The translations under genes and the position numbers were made by a program. A model generated the notes under the pieces. It did not search any database. It was not told the DNA's origin and saw only the letters and a list, made by a program, of their open reading frames with translations. From an uncultured virus (IMG/VR IMGVR_UViG_3300019458_000025) (taxonomy: Duplodnaviria; Heunggongvirae; Uroviricota; Caudoviricetes), in the IMG/VR virus record IMGVR_UViG_3300019458_000025: 64,000 nt of DNA; one strand, written 5' to 3'. Positions 26,540-37,085 of this stretch are shown here, in pieces (within the stretch, counting starts at the first letter, position 1; each line of letters begins with the position of its first letter).

Positions 26540-26905
26540 AAGCCTTCGTAACTCTTGCCTGGCCCAATCTCCGTCTTTCAACGTCCAGACGGCCACGAGC
26601 GTGAGGATGCCGTCACGGAGGATCGCGACCTCCTTCTCGTCCTGGAGGACGCCTGGGCAGCGGGCATCGCACCAGCCGGGTTTCCGCTCGTCGAGCGAGT
26701 ATTCTAGGACGACCCCGGCACCGCTTTCGTCCCCGGAGAGAAGCGAAGGATGGCTCCTCCTCAGCGCGAAGAGCGCCGCGATCTCGAAATCGGTCGTCGT
26801 CGAGAAGGCTAAGCGTCCGCCGAGGTACGGACGGGGCGTCCGCCGAGGCTTGCCTCGTAGGAGCCCATCCAGCCGGTCACGACCGGTTCCGTGATAGAGA
26901 TTCAT
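26522..26905 (-). CDS. Putative ADP-ribosyltransferase-fold protein (C-terminus replaced by the MITE)
   Basis: LYHGT, FSTT...A..FA, DEKEV. Confidence 0.6.
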   Translation of the reverse strand: MNLYHGTGRDRLDGLLRGKPRRTPRPYLGGRLAFSTTTDFEIAALFALRRSHPSLLSGDESGAGVVLEYSLDERKPGWCDARCPGVLQDEKEVAILRDGILTLVAVWTLKDGDWARQELRRLGSVLI

Positions 26906-26954
26906 CGTCGATCAGCGACCTTTCATCTTGTCGATGAGATTCTCGGGATCTCCT

Positions 26955-27425
26955 TCAACGGACGATCAGCTTCCGGACCCATTCGAGGACGCGCTCGTAC
27001 CGCTTCTCGGACGTGGGGCCTCCTATCTCGTCGTTCTGTTCGATGACCGCCCAGGCGAAGTTCGTCTTGCATCCAAGATAAGCCGCGCTGTTCATGATCC
27101 CGTCCCAGCCTTCGGTGTGGCCGGGTCCTTCCTCGCGGACCTTCCGGATCGCCTGCGCCCTCGACATGCCTTTGTCCATCAGGCGCTTGAGCGCGACCGC
27201 GCCGAGCGCGCAGACGCCGCCTATGTCGTCCGCGTCCCCGTGCTGGATGGCGAACTTCGAGTATTCCAGGCGCTTCTCCGGAAGCGCGAGAAGCGCTGCC
27301 TCAAGTTCCAGGAGCGCTTCCTGGCCTTTCTTTCCGGCCAGATGGCGCTTCGTGTTCGCATCGAACGCGCAGGCGCGGAGGAAGCTTTCGGTGTCGTCCG
27401 CTTCGACGTAGCAGATCCGGCTCAT
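26955..27425 (-). CDS. Conserved phage hypothetical protein
   Basis: GKKGQ..L.EL..AL.ALPEKRL, VCALG, IEQNDE..RYER. Confidence 0.7.
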   Translation of the reverse strand: MSRICYVEADDTESFLRACAFDANTKRHLAGKKGQEALLELEAALLALPEKRLEYSKFAIQHGDADDIGGVCALGAVALKRLMDKGMSRAQAIRKVREEGPGHTEGWDGIMNSAAYLGCKTNFAWAVIEQNDEIGGPTSEKRYERVLEWVRKLIVR

Positions 27426-27627
27426 GGTCCTCACCGCCTTTTCTTGGGTTCCGAATCCCTCGGTTCCCGCCAGCACTCTAGCTCGATACCGTTCGGGTGC
27501 CTGCGCGCATGGAACCGGTGGCCATCCGGCGGAAGCTCGCAGATTTCCCGCGTGAGCGGATGCGGCGCCCAGCAGCCCTTCGGGCGATCATCCCATGCCG
27601 CCTGGAGCCGTCGAAGCGTGATCCGCA

Positions 27628-28491
27628 TCATGATCTCAGGGCTTCCTGGTCTTCTCGGCCATTTGCCTCAGCCTTGAACCCCTCTTCGAGGGCACGAAGG
27701 GCGACGAGGGCGGGTTCGAGGCGCTGTTCGACCAGCGCTTCGTAGTCCACTCCGCACCCCTCGGCCGTATAAGCGTCAACGACGGCCTTGGCCGCTGTCT
27801 GGACCTCCCGGAGAGCGGTCATCCGGTGTTTCAGGTTCCCGACGACCTGCCAGGCCGGGAGGTATTCGTTCTCCTTGAGCACGTACCCCAGGACGTCGGT
27901 CGCGATCTTCCGGATGTCGTAGTGGTGGGAGCGAAGCTCCATACTCAAGAACTCGCTCAGGTGGAACGTCTCCCAGCCCTCCTCCTGGTCCATCACTCGG
28001 AAGAGTCCCCGGGTGAGTTCGGTGAGTTCGGACGCAAGGCCAGCGGGCAGGTCGGTCCGTTTCTCGATCGCGGCTTTGACCCACTCGATCGCGTCGCCGC
28101 ATGCCTTCTTCGAGAGGGCCGCGTGCGCGTCCAGGATCTTGATCCGCTCGGCGCCCTCTCCCAGCTTCTTTTCGTCGGCCTCATGACGCTCCTCAAGCTC
28201 CTTGAGGCGCGCGAGGACCGCGGGTTCCTCCTGGCGAACGGCCGAGCGGATCTCGTAGTACCAGTCGCTCTCGCCGTCCGCCGGGTATCCCTCGAAGTAC
28301 CCCTGCATGAAGAAGAACTCGACCCGGCAGACGTAGATCGCGGGTTCGGTTGGGACGTTCTTGAAGTGGTTGTCGGAGAGGAAGATTCCGTCCATGCCCT
28401 TGGAGATCTCCGGGTGGGCTTCCACGAGGAAGCCGTCGCCGCCCTTGGCGACCAGGATCTTGCAGTCGTAGATGCCCCTGCTCTCGTACAT
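27628..28491 (-). CDS. Hypothetical coiled-coil protein
   Basis: GGGGG RBS-like run; 287 aa. Confidence 0.7.
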   Translation of the reverse strand: MYESRGIYDCKILVAKGGDGFLVEAHPEISKGMDGIFLSDNHFKNVPTEPAIYVCRVEFFFMQGYFEGYPADGESDWYYEIRSAVRQEEPAVLARLKELEERHEADEKKLGEGAERIKILDAHAALSKKACGDAIEWVKAAIEKRTDLPAGLASELTELTRGLFRVMDQEEGWETFHLSEFLSMELRSHHYDIRKIATDVLGYVLKENEYLPAWQVVGNLKHRMTALREVQTAAKAVVDAYTAEGCGVDYEALVEQRLEPALVALRALEEGFKAEANGREDQEALRS

Positions 28492-28843
28492 GGTCCCCCC
28501 GTTCTACGCTTCGCGCAGCAGTCGGCGCTCGATGCGCTCGGCCCACCACCTGGCCCAGCAGGAATTGCAGACGCCGCCCCGTTCGGCGCCCTTATCCTCG
28601 CACGGCGGATCGTGCTCGCATTGGAAGCTCGTGAGCATCCGGATGCCTTCCCTCAGGATCTTCTCGTTTTCCGGGCTCAGGATCATGATCTCCCCCATTT
28701 TCCCTTCTTCCCCCTGACCTTGACGGTGTCCCGCTTCGACATCGGACAGAGGTTGCCGTTGGCCGTGTGCCGTGCGTATTCGCCGTCCACCGCGTCCACC
28801 TTCCGGCGGCAGGCGGGGCATTCGACTTTGAACGCGGAATTCT

Positions 28844-29263
28844 TCATGCTCCCCCCATCTTGCCTCTCGCCCTCTCCTCGTGCTCAAGCTCAAGGAGGCC
28901 CACGCGGACGTCTTCCTCCGAAAGGCTCCATCCGTCGCGTTTGAAGCGGACGACGAATAGCTCCTTGAAGCGCTGGTAGGTCCGCGACAGGCGTTCCAGG
29001 GTGACTCCGAGCGCGCACGCGGCCTCGTGGTAGACCTCGAAGCGCCGCTTCTCCGGGATGTCCGGACACGTACAGCGAAGCTCCCGTATCCTGAGGAAAT
29101 CCGCCACAAGGGCGAGCGCCAACTGGGCCGGTCCGCTTCCCGCATACCCCCATTCCAAGCCGGAAGGGCTGTGGCTCCGGATGTCCGTACAGGGGTCGAG
29201 CGGCTTCCCATTCACGGTGACCAGGGCCGCGCCCTCGTGACGGCGTCCTTCGTAGGTCTTCAT
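28844..29263 (-). CDS. DUF6166-like protein
   Basis: HSPSGLEWGYAGSGPAQLALAL signature. Confidence 0.8.
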   Translation of the reverse strand: MKTYEGRRHEGAALVTVNGKPLDPCTDIRSHSPSGLEWGYAGSGPAQLALALVADFLRIRELRCTCPDIPEKRRFEVYHEAACALGVTLERLSRTYQRFKELFVVRFKRDGWSLSEEDVRVGLLELEHEERARGKMGGA

Positions 29264-29583
29264 GGGCCTAGCCCTTGTGCTCCTCGCGGCGCCCGTCCTC
29301 CCAGACGATCGCTATCCTCTCGACCTTGGGGGGAGCGTGTCGGCTCGACGTCGCGATCTTCCTCGCGAAGTCCCGGGCTGACTGAATCGCGAACGTCTCG
29401 ACCTTCGGCGAGCACGAGGGACAGCGGTTGAAGTCCGCCTCCATGGTCACCGGCGCGGTATCGCCGACCATCCAGATCTCGATCAGGCGGACGCGGTCGT
29501 GAACGAGGGGGATCTTGTGAACCGAGCACCGGCCCGAAGCGGGCTTCGATCTGGGTCTGCTGAACGCGCTTTGCGCCATCCAC

Positions 29584-29733
29584 CTACCCTTTCGCCAGCG
29601 CTCTGCGGACCAGATGCACCGTGAGCACGGCCTCGACGATCTTGGACTGGCTGATTCCGGACTTGTAAGAGGCCGTCCGGATCAGCTTGCACGCGGAGTC
29701 CTTGAGGTAGAATTTTTTCTGGATCTTCTTCAT
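29584..29733 (-). CDS. 49-aa ribbon-helix-helix-like DNA-binding protein
   Basis: Manual translation MKKIQKKFYLKDSACKLIRTASYKSGISQSKIVEAVL... Confidence 0.45.
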   Translation of the reverse strand: MKKIQKKFYLKDSACKLIRTASYKSGISQSKIVEAVLTVHLVRRALAKG

Positions 29734-30182
29734 GACTTCACCCTATGGGCAATCCTCGCGAGACTCGATGTAGGTCCGGAGCGCCCTATAAAGGCGCGGT
29801 ACCTTCTTCACTGCGGTCCAGACGGCCCCGACTTCGGCGGCCAACGGATGACTGTACGTGAATTCCAGTTCTTCGAGGGCCGCCTCCGCGACTTCCAAGG
29901 CCCGACGCGCCCCCTCCTTCCCCCGGGCTTCGGCGCCGCGGGCGACGGTCTCCACGGCCGCATTGAACGCGGGCCAGTGAAAGACGTTCGGATCGAGCTT
30001 GTAGTCCTTCACGTACTGGAAGTACCAGACGAGCGCCACCTCCGAATCCGTCTTCGGAGGGTTCTCGACGCTGAACATCGGCATCACGCGAGCCGGAGGA
30101 CCCCCGTCCGGCTTGGCTCCGCTTTCCACCATGGACGCGCTTCTCCGGGGGGCTTGGGTTTCTTCTCTTCCAGGCGATACAA

Positions 30183-30211
30183 TTGTTAACACATGTGGCA
30201 GCCCGTGTCAA
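30183..30211 (-). promoter_or_regulatory. Sigma70-type promoter (GTTAAC family)
   Basis: TTGACA-17-TAACAA; spacer resembles 58905-58933. Confidence 0.65.
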
Positions 30212-30742
30212 CGCCTTTTCGCGCGCGCATCGTCCGAATGGAGCCGGGGCTAGTTGAGATGGCTCGACAGATCGTCGGCGATCGTGGCCCAGGTGATCCG
30301 GATCTTGTGCTTGCCGCCCTTCAAGCGTTTGTACTCGACGTTCTCCACGGCCTTGAGGGACTTGTCCAGGCGCTTGAGTTCCGTGGCCAGCGTGAAGACC
30401 ATCCGGAGGGCGTCGTTCTCGGCGCGATTCCTGGCCTTGGCGAGGATCGAAGCCAACGGAAGTCCCCCTTTCGGGCCTTTCGAGAGGATGCGGGTGAGCT
30501 TCGCGAGCGCCGCGCGGATCTCCTTCTTCATGTAGATCTTCATGCGGTAAGAAGCCGCCCGATCGAATCGTAGAGGCGCTTGAGCGCAGCCTTCGAGGTT
30601 TTCACGGGACTCACCGTCGCCCAGAGAAGCTCTCCGCGCGACGAGAAGATCTCTGCCTTGATCGAGCGTCCGCTCCGCAGGCTCACGTTGATCCTTAGGG
30701 TTTTTGGCATGATGTTCTCCTCTTAGGAGTGTCTTTGATTCG

Positions 30743-31174
30743 TTAAGCGGCGCTCCTCGTAAAGTTGCCCGTTTCCGGATCATACGTTACCCGCCACCGG
30801 CTCAGTAACACGGCCTCACGAATCCAGAAGAGGCACAATTCATCACCGAGTTTCAGTCCCGAATATCCCTCACTGGTCACGACCTGGACGAACATATCCG
30901 CGGGTTCGAGGAATTGCTCCTCCATGTACAACTGGAAAGGAGATTTGTAGTAATTAGCCAGGATATGTCGGGCCTCGCGGCTTCCGGCATCGAGAATCTG
31001 CTGGCGGCCGACATCGTACTTCTGCACCCAGCCTCTGCCGCTCTCGTCCACCGATTTCTCACCGGCCGCATAATCGGCCGCGGTGTCGAATCTCGACGTG
31101 AAGAAGACGCAAGCTCCTCGATAGCCTCGGAACGGCAAACGTTCCTTGGACTTCGTTCCCCTATAAAGGATCAT
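30743..31174 (-). CDS. Putative ART-fold (ART-PolyVal-like) protein
   Basis: LYRGT, VFFTS...A..YA, GYSG; visibly lower GC. Confidence 0.55.
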   Translation of the reverse strand: MILYRGTKSKERLPFRGYRGACVFFTSRFDTAADYAAGEKSVDESGRGWVQKYDVGRQQILDAGSREARHILANYYKSPFQLYMEEQFLEPADMFVQVVTSEGYSGLKLGDELCLFWIREAVLLSRWRVTYDPETGNFTRSAA

Positions 31175-31207
31175 GGGTAGCCTCGCCTGCCCTGTTAGGC
31201 ATTCCCC

Positions 31208-32888
31208 CTATTCCTTTTTCCGCTCGCGGATCATCGCTTCCAGTCGATCGGCCATCGTGTCGATGACTCCCTCCGGGAGAGGAATCACGCGCTTCCCGCC
31301 GAATTTCTCGATCATCGGGTGGTCCTTCGGAAGATGGCCGTGATAGAGGCCGTCCTCCCCCCGCTTTATCTCGATCCCGAGTACCCACATGAGGCGCGCG
31401 ACCTTCCGCGCGAGATCGGACTCGCGGCCTTCGATAACTTCGACGGCGATGTCCCGTGGTCCCTGCTTCGGGGCCTGGATGATCGTCACCCGGAGATGTT
31501 TTCCGACGTGTGCCTTGGCCCAGTCGGCGTCCCGGTCGAGTCCGAAGGCCATGTCACTGCCGTCGTCCATTTCGAGGAGAAGCCCGACGCCAGCCGGTCC
31601 GGCCTCGAATTTCAGGAGCGTACCGGTCGAGACGTCTCTGTAACCGGTCTCGCAGCCGCACTTGAAGGGTTCGTCGCTCATTTCGGTTCTTCCCCCGCTT
31701 GAGGAGCTTCCAGACGTCCCTTTCTATCGTACGGGCAGCCCTTCTTGTGCGCGGCTCCGTCCATCTCGGAATAGAGGTCTATCTGCTGGAGCTTGCATTC
31801 CTCGGTGTGGCATTTCGGGCACGCGAGGACGTCGCCGTTCATGCAGTCGGCGTGCCAGGAAAAGTGGCAATTGAAACAACGGAAGTAGTTCGAACCTCGG
31901 TCGCGCGAAGGGATATCGGTCCCATCGAACCGCTTCCTCGCGACGGCGGCGATGATGTCACGGACTTCCGGATGGAGGTCATCTTCCTTGACCGGGCGGA
32001 CGGAGATCTCCAGGTCGATGCCGACGCCTTTTCCGCACTGGGAGCATATGCCCGTGCGCTCGATCCGGCCGACCGGAACGCCGTATTCTTCGGGGACGTA
32101 GACGACGCCGAGCCGCGCTCCGCAGTTAGGGCAGTCGAAATGGACTTCCGGGACGATCATTGGGCCAACAACCTGAAAAGCCGAACGTCGGGGATTCCGG
32201 ATTCCTTGAGCATGCGCACGAGTTCCTCCGGCTTGTCCTTGGCAAGAAGCGCCCCATCGGGGCCGTCCTTCTTGCCGTCCGGTCCGGCCTTCCGTTCTGG
32301 AAATACGGACCAGAAGCCTCCTTCATGATCCACGACGACGATGCACCAGAGGCCGTCGTTCACCCATTTCATTCCCTGCCGATCGGGAGACCATTGAAAC
32401 TTGATGCCTCTTTCCTTGAACGCCTCGATCGTGGCGGTGTTCATTGTTCACCCATTCTAAGTAGCGGTCGAAGATTCCAGGTACTCACGGGCGGCGACAT
32501 TCCACGCTTTCATACACCCGCATCTGATCTCTTCTTGGTGGACGACACTCAACGGAAGTTGGACTCCCACTAGGTCGTGATACCACCTGTCGTGTTTTTT
32601 GCACGGCATCACCTGCCAAACTGGAGCGGCGAGGGAGGCTAATTCCTCGAACTCGTAAGCCCTTGGATCAAGTGTCATGTTGTTTCCCATGGATACTTTG
32701 CGAGCGGACGGCTATAGGGTCATCCGCAGCCACAACTGTCGCGGGTCGATCCGGATCTTCCGCTCGAATTCGGCAGAGCAGCGCTCCGCGCACTCGGCCG
32801 CCTCCTCCAGGCGCCGTTTCTGCTCCTTCACGGGAAGCCTCATGAAGCGCCGGAACGCCGCGCGCATCTCGCGTTCGGCCTTGGTCAT
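31208..32888 (-). other. Run of small hypothetical CDS: 31208..31681, 31678..32160 (double Zn ribbon), 32157..32444, 32457..32690, 32712..32888
   Basis: Coupled starts and stops; CPNC/CSQC/CFNC/CPKC in 31678..32160. Confidence 0.65.
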
Positions 32889-32922
32889 GGCTCACCTTTT
32901 CTGTGCTTGGGAACGGTGCCCT

Positions 32923-33099
32923 CTACTTTCCAAACCTGACAACGACTATCGGCCATAAGAACGCCAGCGGCAAGAACCACCACCACTTGTTGTTGCGGAG
33001 GGACCACCCGAAAGACCTCCCCCCACACAAGGCCCAGTTGTGGGCGAAAAGAACCACGACGCCGATCAACCAATAGGCCAGAACGATAATCCAGATCAT
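32923..33099 (-). CDS. Small two-TM membrane protein (cassette gene)
   Basis: MIWIIVLAYWLIGVVVLF...FLWPIVVV; bounded by a 9-bp inverted repeat. Confidence 0.65.
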   Translation of the reverse strand: MIWIIVLAYWLIGVVVLFAHNWALCGGRSFGWSLRNNKWWWFLPLAFLWPIVVVRFGK

Positions 33100-33106
33100 G
33101 GCACCG

Positions 33107-33283
33107 TTACCTCTTCTGTTCCTCGCGCACTTGCAGTTCCGTGAAGGCTTCGCACGCCTCATAGCCTTGCTTGCAGACAGCACACTCAGAAGCATCACAG
33201 CCGGGCGCATGGACGATCTTCACGCTCTTCAGCGCGCCGTACAGCTTTGAGGCGACGATCATCCAGTCAGCGGTCACTTCCAT
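33107..33283 (-). CDS. Small Cys/His protein ending EQKR (cassette gene)
   Basis: AAGGAGG RBS; H..C...C..C; stop lies inside the repeat. Confidence 0.65.
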   Translation of the reverse strand: MEVTADWMIVASKLYGALKSVKIVHAPGCDASECAVCKQGYEACEAFTELQVREEQKR

Positions 33284-33322
33284 GCGATCCTCCTTGCACT
33301 TCTCACTTTTCTTGGGCACCAC

Positions 33323-33550
33323 TCACCTTTTCTGTGCCAACGGGTTCGATAGGATGGTCTTAGGCATTTTCCAGCCCATCGTAAACGAGAGGTCCCGGAG
33401 CCGGTCGTAGGCGGCGCCAGCGTTATCCAGTTCTATTTCAGCGCGAACGAACCGCTTTACTGCTGCGCGAAACGCCCTAACGCACTTCGCCTTGGTAATT
33501 ACCTCCCTGTTAAAGGAGCGGGCCGTCCTATACCTCTTTGGTTTTGGCAT
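33323..33550 (-). CDS. Small basic protein ending AQKR (cassette gene)
   Basis: Start and RBS from the upstream repeat, stop from the downstream repeat. Confidence 0.65.
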   Translation of the reverse strand: MPKPKRYRTARSFNREVITKAKCVRAFRAAVKRFVRAEIELDNAGAAYDRLRDLSFTMGWKMPKTILSNPLAQKR

Positions 33551-33572
33551 TCTTTACCTCATCTGGCAATCT

Positions 33573-34145
33573 TCACGCCTTCTGGGCATATTTGTCGTCC
33601 GGAAAGATCGCGACTTTCGCGAGCTTGTCGAGCGTCACCATCTGGTGGAAGGAAAGCCCACGGAGCGTGTCGGCGAAGATCCTGAGGCCGACCTCGGAGT
33701 CGATGTGATAGCTCGTCACGTACGGCTTGAAGAGGCGCGGCTCGGCGTCGAAACGGATGTACGAGGGAACTTCGAGTCGCATGGCCTCGAAGTTCGCCTT
33801 CTCCTCGGCCGGGATGACCTTCTTCCCGTCGTCGTCGAGCCAGGTAACCCAGGGTTCCGCGGGCGGAGGACAGCCGCAGTGACCCGCCACTCGGATATCC
33901 TCCCGGCCCACCGGATCGGCATAGAGCTTGACCGCGATCTCGATGGGGACGAGCCCATCAACCACCCAGTAGGTCCACGCACGGGTGAACTCGAACCCTC
34001 CGGACATTTTCCCCATGACGGAATACTTGACCTCGCCGGTGCTCGATGGGCACGAGACGGCCTCGATCATGGCTCGTTCCAGTTCCCAGCGGATGATCTT
34101 GTCCGGGTCCTTGTGTCCGGCGAGGTTGGTCAGGTGGCTCCACAT
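33573..34145 (-). CDS. Conserved phage hypothetical protein ending AQKA
   Basis: NLAG, F.F.RAW.YWVV.G.VP, IRVAGHCGCP, YHIDSE.GL. Confidence 0.75.
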   Translation of the reverse strand: MWSHLTNLAGHKDPDKIIRWELERAMIEAVSCPSSTGEVKYSVMGKMSGGFEFTRAWTYWVVDGLVPIEIAVKLYADPVGREDIRVAGHCGCPPPAEPWVTWLDDDGKKVIPAEEKANFEAMRLEVPSYIRFDAEPRLFKPYVTSYHIDSEVGLRIFADTLRGLSFHQMVTLDKLAKVAIFPDDKYAQKA

Positions 34146-34376
34146 GATCGAGCGCCTCCACTCCGATCTATCGAGACCCGTGTACCTGGGGAAACTCCAG
34201 ACGCAAGTAGGCCATCGTCGCGCTATCGTGGGGCTCCTTGCAGTCCACGCAGATCGTGTATCCGGGCATAATGCGCCGCTTGCAGTAGTGGCAAAGGACC
34301 CGGCCTTCCGGGTCTCTCCAGGTCCCGTCTTCCTTGAGCCAATCCATCGGAACGTGATGCTTCATGAAAGCCATGT

Positions 34377-34793
34377 CTATTTCGGTCGTCCGACGATCGC
34401 AGGAACGGACTTCATCTTGTTCACGACCGCCATGGCGATCCGGTGCCAGCCGTCGCCGATCGCCATTCGCTTCCCGGGCATGTAGGCAAGGAGAACCGGA
34501 CCCACCTTCGCCGGGTCGTTCAGCCACGCCGCTTCAAGTTCCTGGTAATACTCCGGGAAGTCGGCGTTAGCTTTTTCCTCTAGAAGCCACGCTTCCCATT
34601 CGTCGGGCGGGATGGGCCTGCCGTTGATGGCGACGCCTTGTTGCGTGAACTCCTTCGTGGGGAAATGCCGCACGTAGCTCCACCGGAACCGGTCGGGCTC
34701 CAATGGAATACGCCAATCGCCCTCCGTCTCAGCGTATAAGATGAGTTCACCCTGGGTCCAGGTCTCGTCTTGCGCCGACCGCTGGTTGGGCAT
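34377..34793 (-). CDS. ParB/Sulfiredoxin-like domain protein
   Basis: PVLL...IGDGWHRIA.A....VPAIVG. Confidence 0.7.
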   Translation of the reverse strand: MPNQRSAQDETWTQGELILYAETEGDWRIPLEPDRFRWSYVRHFPTKEFTQQGVAINGRPIPPDEWEAWLLEEKANADFPEYYQELEAAWLNDPAKVGPVLLAYMPGKRMAIGDGWHRIAMAVVNKMKSVPAIVGRPK

Positions 34794-34794
34794 C

Positions 34795-36576
34795 TTAGTC
34801 CTTTTTCAAGACCAAGGGTTCGGAGCGCACACGATCCGCGTTGCGGAGCGCGTCCGTGATCACCCAGGAGTGTCCGGCGCTCGGGATGTCCCCGGTCACG
34901 GCGCTGATCAAGCGCGCCAGGGCGTCCTCCAGGGCCTTGCACCGCGCAAGGGCGCTTCGGAGGTTCGCGGCGATATCGAGGCCCTTCTCGCAGGCGTAGG
35001 TCAGGCTTCCGTCGTAGCTCGCCTGTAGGAGGGTCAGTTCGTTCCGGAGCCGTTCGAGTTCCGGCTGGGCGCATTCGCAGTAGATGGGCGCGATGTCGGA
35101 CGATTTCACTCCGATTTCGACTCCGCAGAAATCGGGCCGGTTGTGCGCGTGACGGCAGCGTTCGCACATAGGAGACCTCATTTCCACCAGGTCAGGACGA
35201 CACCCCCGGGGACGTCCCACCCGGCCGCCTTCATGGACGTGCCGTCCGCCAGGAAGCGGCGCCCCCAGGTATACCGCGCGTCGCCTCCCTCCAGGTTCGA
35301 GATCTTGGTGATTTCGCCCCAATCCAACGCCAAGGCCAGCGCACGGATCGCCTCCTCCGGCGTCTTCCCGACCGCGAAGATCTCCTCGGCGAGAGCCGTC
35401 CTCCTGGCCTCCTGGGCGACCTCGGAGAGGGTTCTCAAGATCTCTTCTTCGCGAACCTGATGGATGCTCTTGTCCTCCGGGGCTTCCCGGATCTGCCAGA
35501 GCCGTTCCCGGAGGCCCTTGGCCACGAAGTCGAGTTCTGCGACGGGCATGGCTTCTCCTCTTCCAATGTTCCTACATGTTTGAGCCGGAGGAGTTTGTCC
35601 TCGGCCCGGATCATCTCCCGGAGTCCCTGCTCGATGAGGCGGACGGCCGTCTCCTCCACGGTCAGGCCATAATAGCCTTTTCGGAAAAGCTGCCGCAGAA
35701 GATCCGCGATCACCGGATGTAGCTCGATCCTGAGACGTTCGACTTTCATGGCTCCTTATCCTTGGTGCGCGACATCGCGGCTATCTTCTGCTCCATGAAG
35801 TTCTGGAGTTCCGGCAGAATCTCATCGAAGAAGACCTCCGCCGCGCAAGTAAGGTCGGGCTTCCCCTCGGGTTTGCTCCTGAGGGAACGGCCTACGCGGT
35901 CATTCCACAGGTTTCCGCCAAGGGCGGCAAGATTCCCGCGCAATGCGAAAGCGTTGTATGTGGTCTTCACTCCTTCATCGTCTCCGTTTTCTGAAGTTAT
36001 CGTGACAATCCCTTCACATCACCTCACTCGTATCTCCACTTGCTCGCTGGCTCGTTCGGATTAAGATGCTTCTTCTCCCATTCCCGAAGGACCATCTCGA
36101 AGCATACCCGGAAGCATGTATCCCAGAGCGATCCGTCCGGATTGCGGATGCCTTGCTCGGTGTTCCGGAGCGCCTGCTTGACCGCCCGATCATTCTCCCA
36201 GACGGAGATCCACGCGAGCGCATCGGGCAGGGTGGGCTCCTTGCAGGCACGCGCGACCGCTTCATGGACATTCATAACTCGACTACCTCGTCAGCGATTA
36301 TCTCGAATCATTCTTTCACGCAACGACGCTCCTTCAGCGGCCACTGTAGTACTTCCTCTTCATGAAGGAGCAGGTCCAGCCGTCCTCCTTGCACTTCGGG
36401 CACTGCGGCACGCTCGGAGCCTCATGCCCACTCTCTTCGTGGTGCCGATACCAGTGGGCCATACCGTGCGACTTGGCAGCCGCCACCTGGAAGCCCTGCC
36501 TAGTTCCGCCAAGGCTCACCGCCCTTTCGCATCCAGGGACGGTACAGGAAGCGACTCCGATGACAGGAGCTTTCAT
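34795..36576 (-). other. Run of small hypothetical CDS: 34795..35181, 35178..35549, ..35749, 35746..35970, 36024..36275, 36334..36576
   Basis: Coupled ORFs with RBS; no family recognised. Confidence 0.55.
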
Positions 36577-36597
36577 AAAATTATTCTCCCGCGCCAA

Positions 36598-36810
36598 TCA
36601 CCTTTTCTGTGCCACCTTCCATCCCGGAGGCGGCGTGTACCAACCATTGTCCGCAAAGTCCGCAAGCTCGTCAGTCCAGCAGCACGCGAGGTTCGAGCAC
36701 TCGATGATCGTTAAGTCGGCCAACGACTCGAAATCAAAGGCGCTCCCGCAGGCGGGACAGTTCGTTACCTCGCCTGACTTAATCCTCTGATACCAAATCG
36801 CAACAGGCAC
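36598..36810 (-). CDS. Zn-ribbon mini-protein ending AQKR (cassette gene)
   Basis: GTG start inside the repeat; CPAC...CSNLAC; stop inside the repeat. Confidence 0.65.
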   Translation of the reverse strand: MPVAIWYQRIKSGEVTNCPACGSAFDFESLADLTIIECSNLACCWTDELADFADNGWYTPPPGWKVAQKR

Positions 36811-36831
36811 TCTTTACCTCTCTCGCGCCAA

Positions 36832-37041
36832 TCACCTTTTCTGTGCCATAATCGGCTCTTCCAAGACCGCCTGTTCCATTCGAGCCAAGCAAGAAGGATG
36901 GAACCACGTCGTAGTTGTTGCAACTAGCTCTTGCCCTTTGTAAGTCTTATAAACAGCCTGTACCGCAACAGGAGTACGCGGACCTTCTGCTGGACCCTTA
37001 CCGCACACAAAACATTTGTCCATTCGATCCTCACAAGGCAC
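36832..37041 (-). CDS. C2HC Zn-finger mini-protein ending AQKR (cassette gene)
   Basis: CFVC...HPSC; stop inside the repeat. Confidence 0.65.
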   Translation of the reverse strand: MPCEDRMDKCFVCGKGPAEGPRTPVAVQAVYKTYKGQELVATTTTWFHPSCLARMEQAVLEEPIMAQKR

Positions 37042-37085
37042 TCTTTACCTCTTCTGGGGCCAATGACCTCTGTGCCAACGTAGTC

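Larger units (their letters stand above)
32889..33588 (-). repeat. Cassette-boundary repeat cluster 1 (copies at 32889, 33100, 33315, 33546)
   Basis: + strand GGCAC-N13/14-GTGCC-like unit with ACCT(T/C)TTCT core at gene junctions. Confidence 0.8.
36591..37076 (-). repeat. Cassette-boundary repeat cluster 2 (copies at 36591, 36806 double, 37037 double)
   Basis: GCGCCAATCACCTTTTCTGTGCCA identical at 36591 and 36825; AGGCACTCTTTACCTCT identical at 36805 and 37036. Confidence 0.85.

Noticed and set aside
33107..37041. AQKR as a purely protein-level C-terminal tag
   Set aside because: Nucleotide identity extends past the stop codons, and copies occur outside coding sequence (32889, 37062, 40099).
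32889..37076. CRISPR array or classical integron interpretation of the repeats
   Set aside because: Intervals are ~200-bp ORFs rather than 30-40-bp spacers. There are no cas genes, no RYYYAAC...GTTRRRY attC hairpins of proper length and no integrase in the window.
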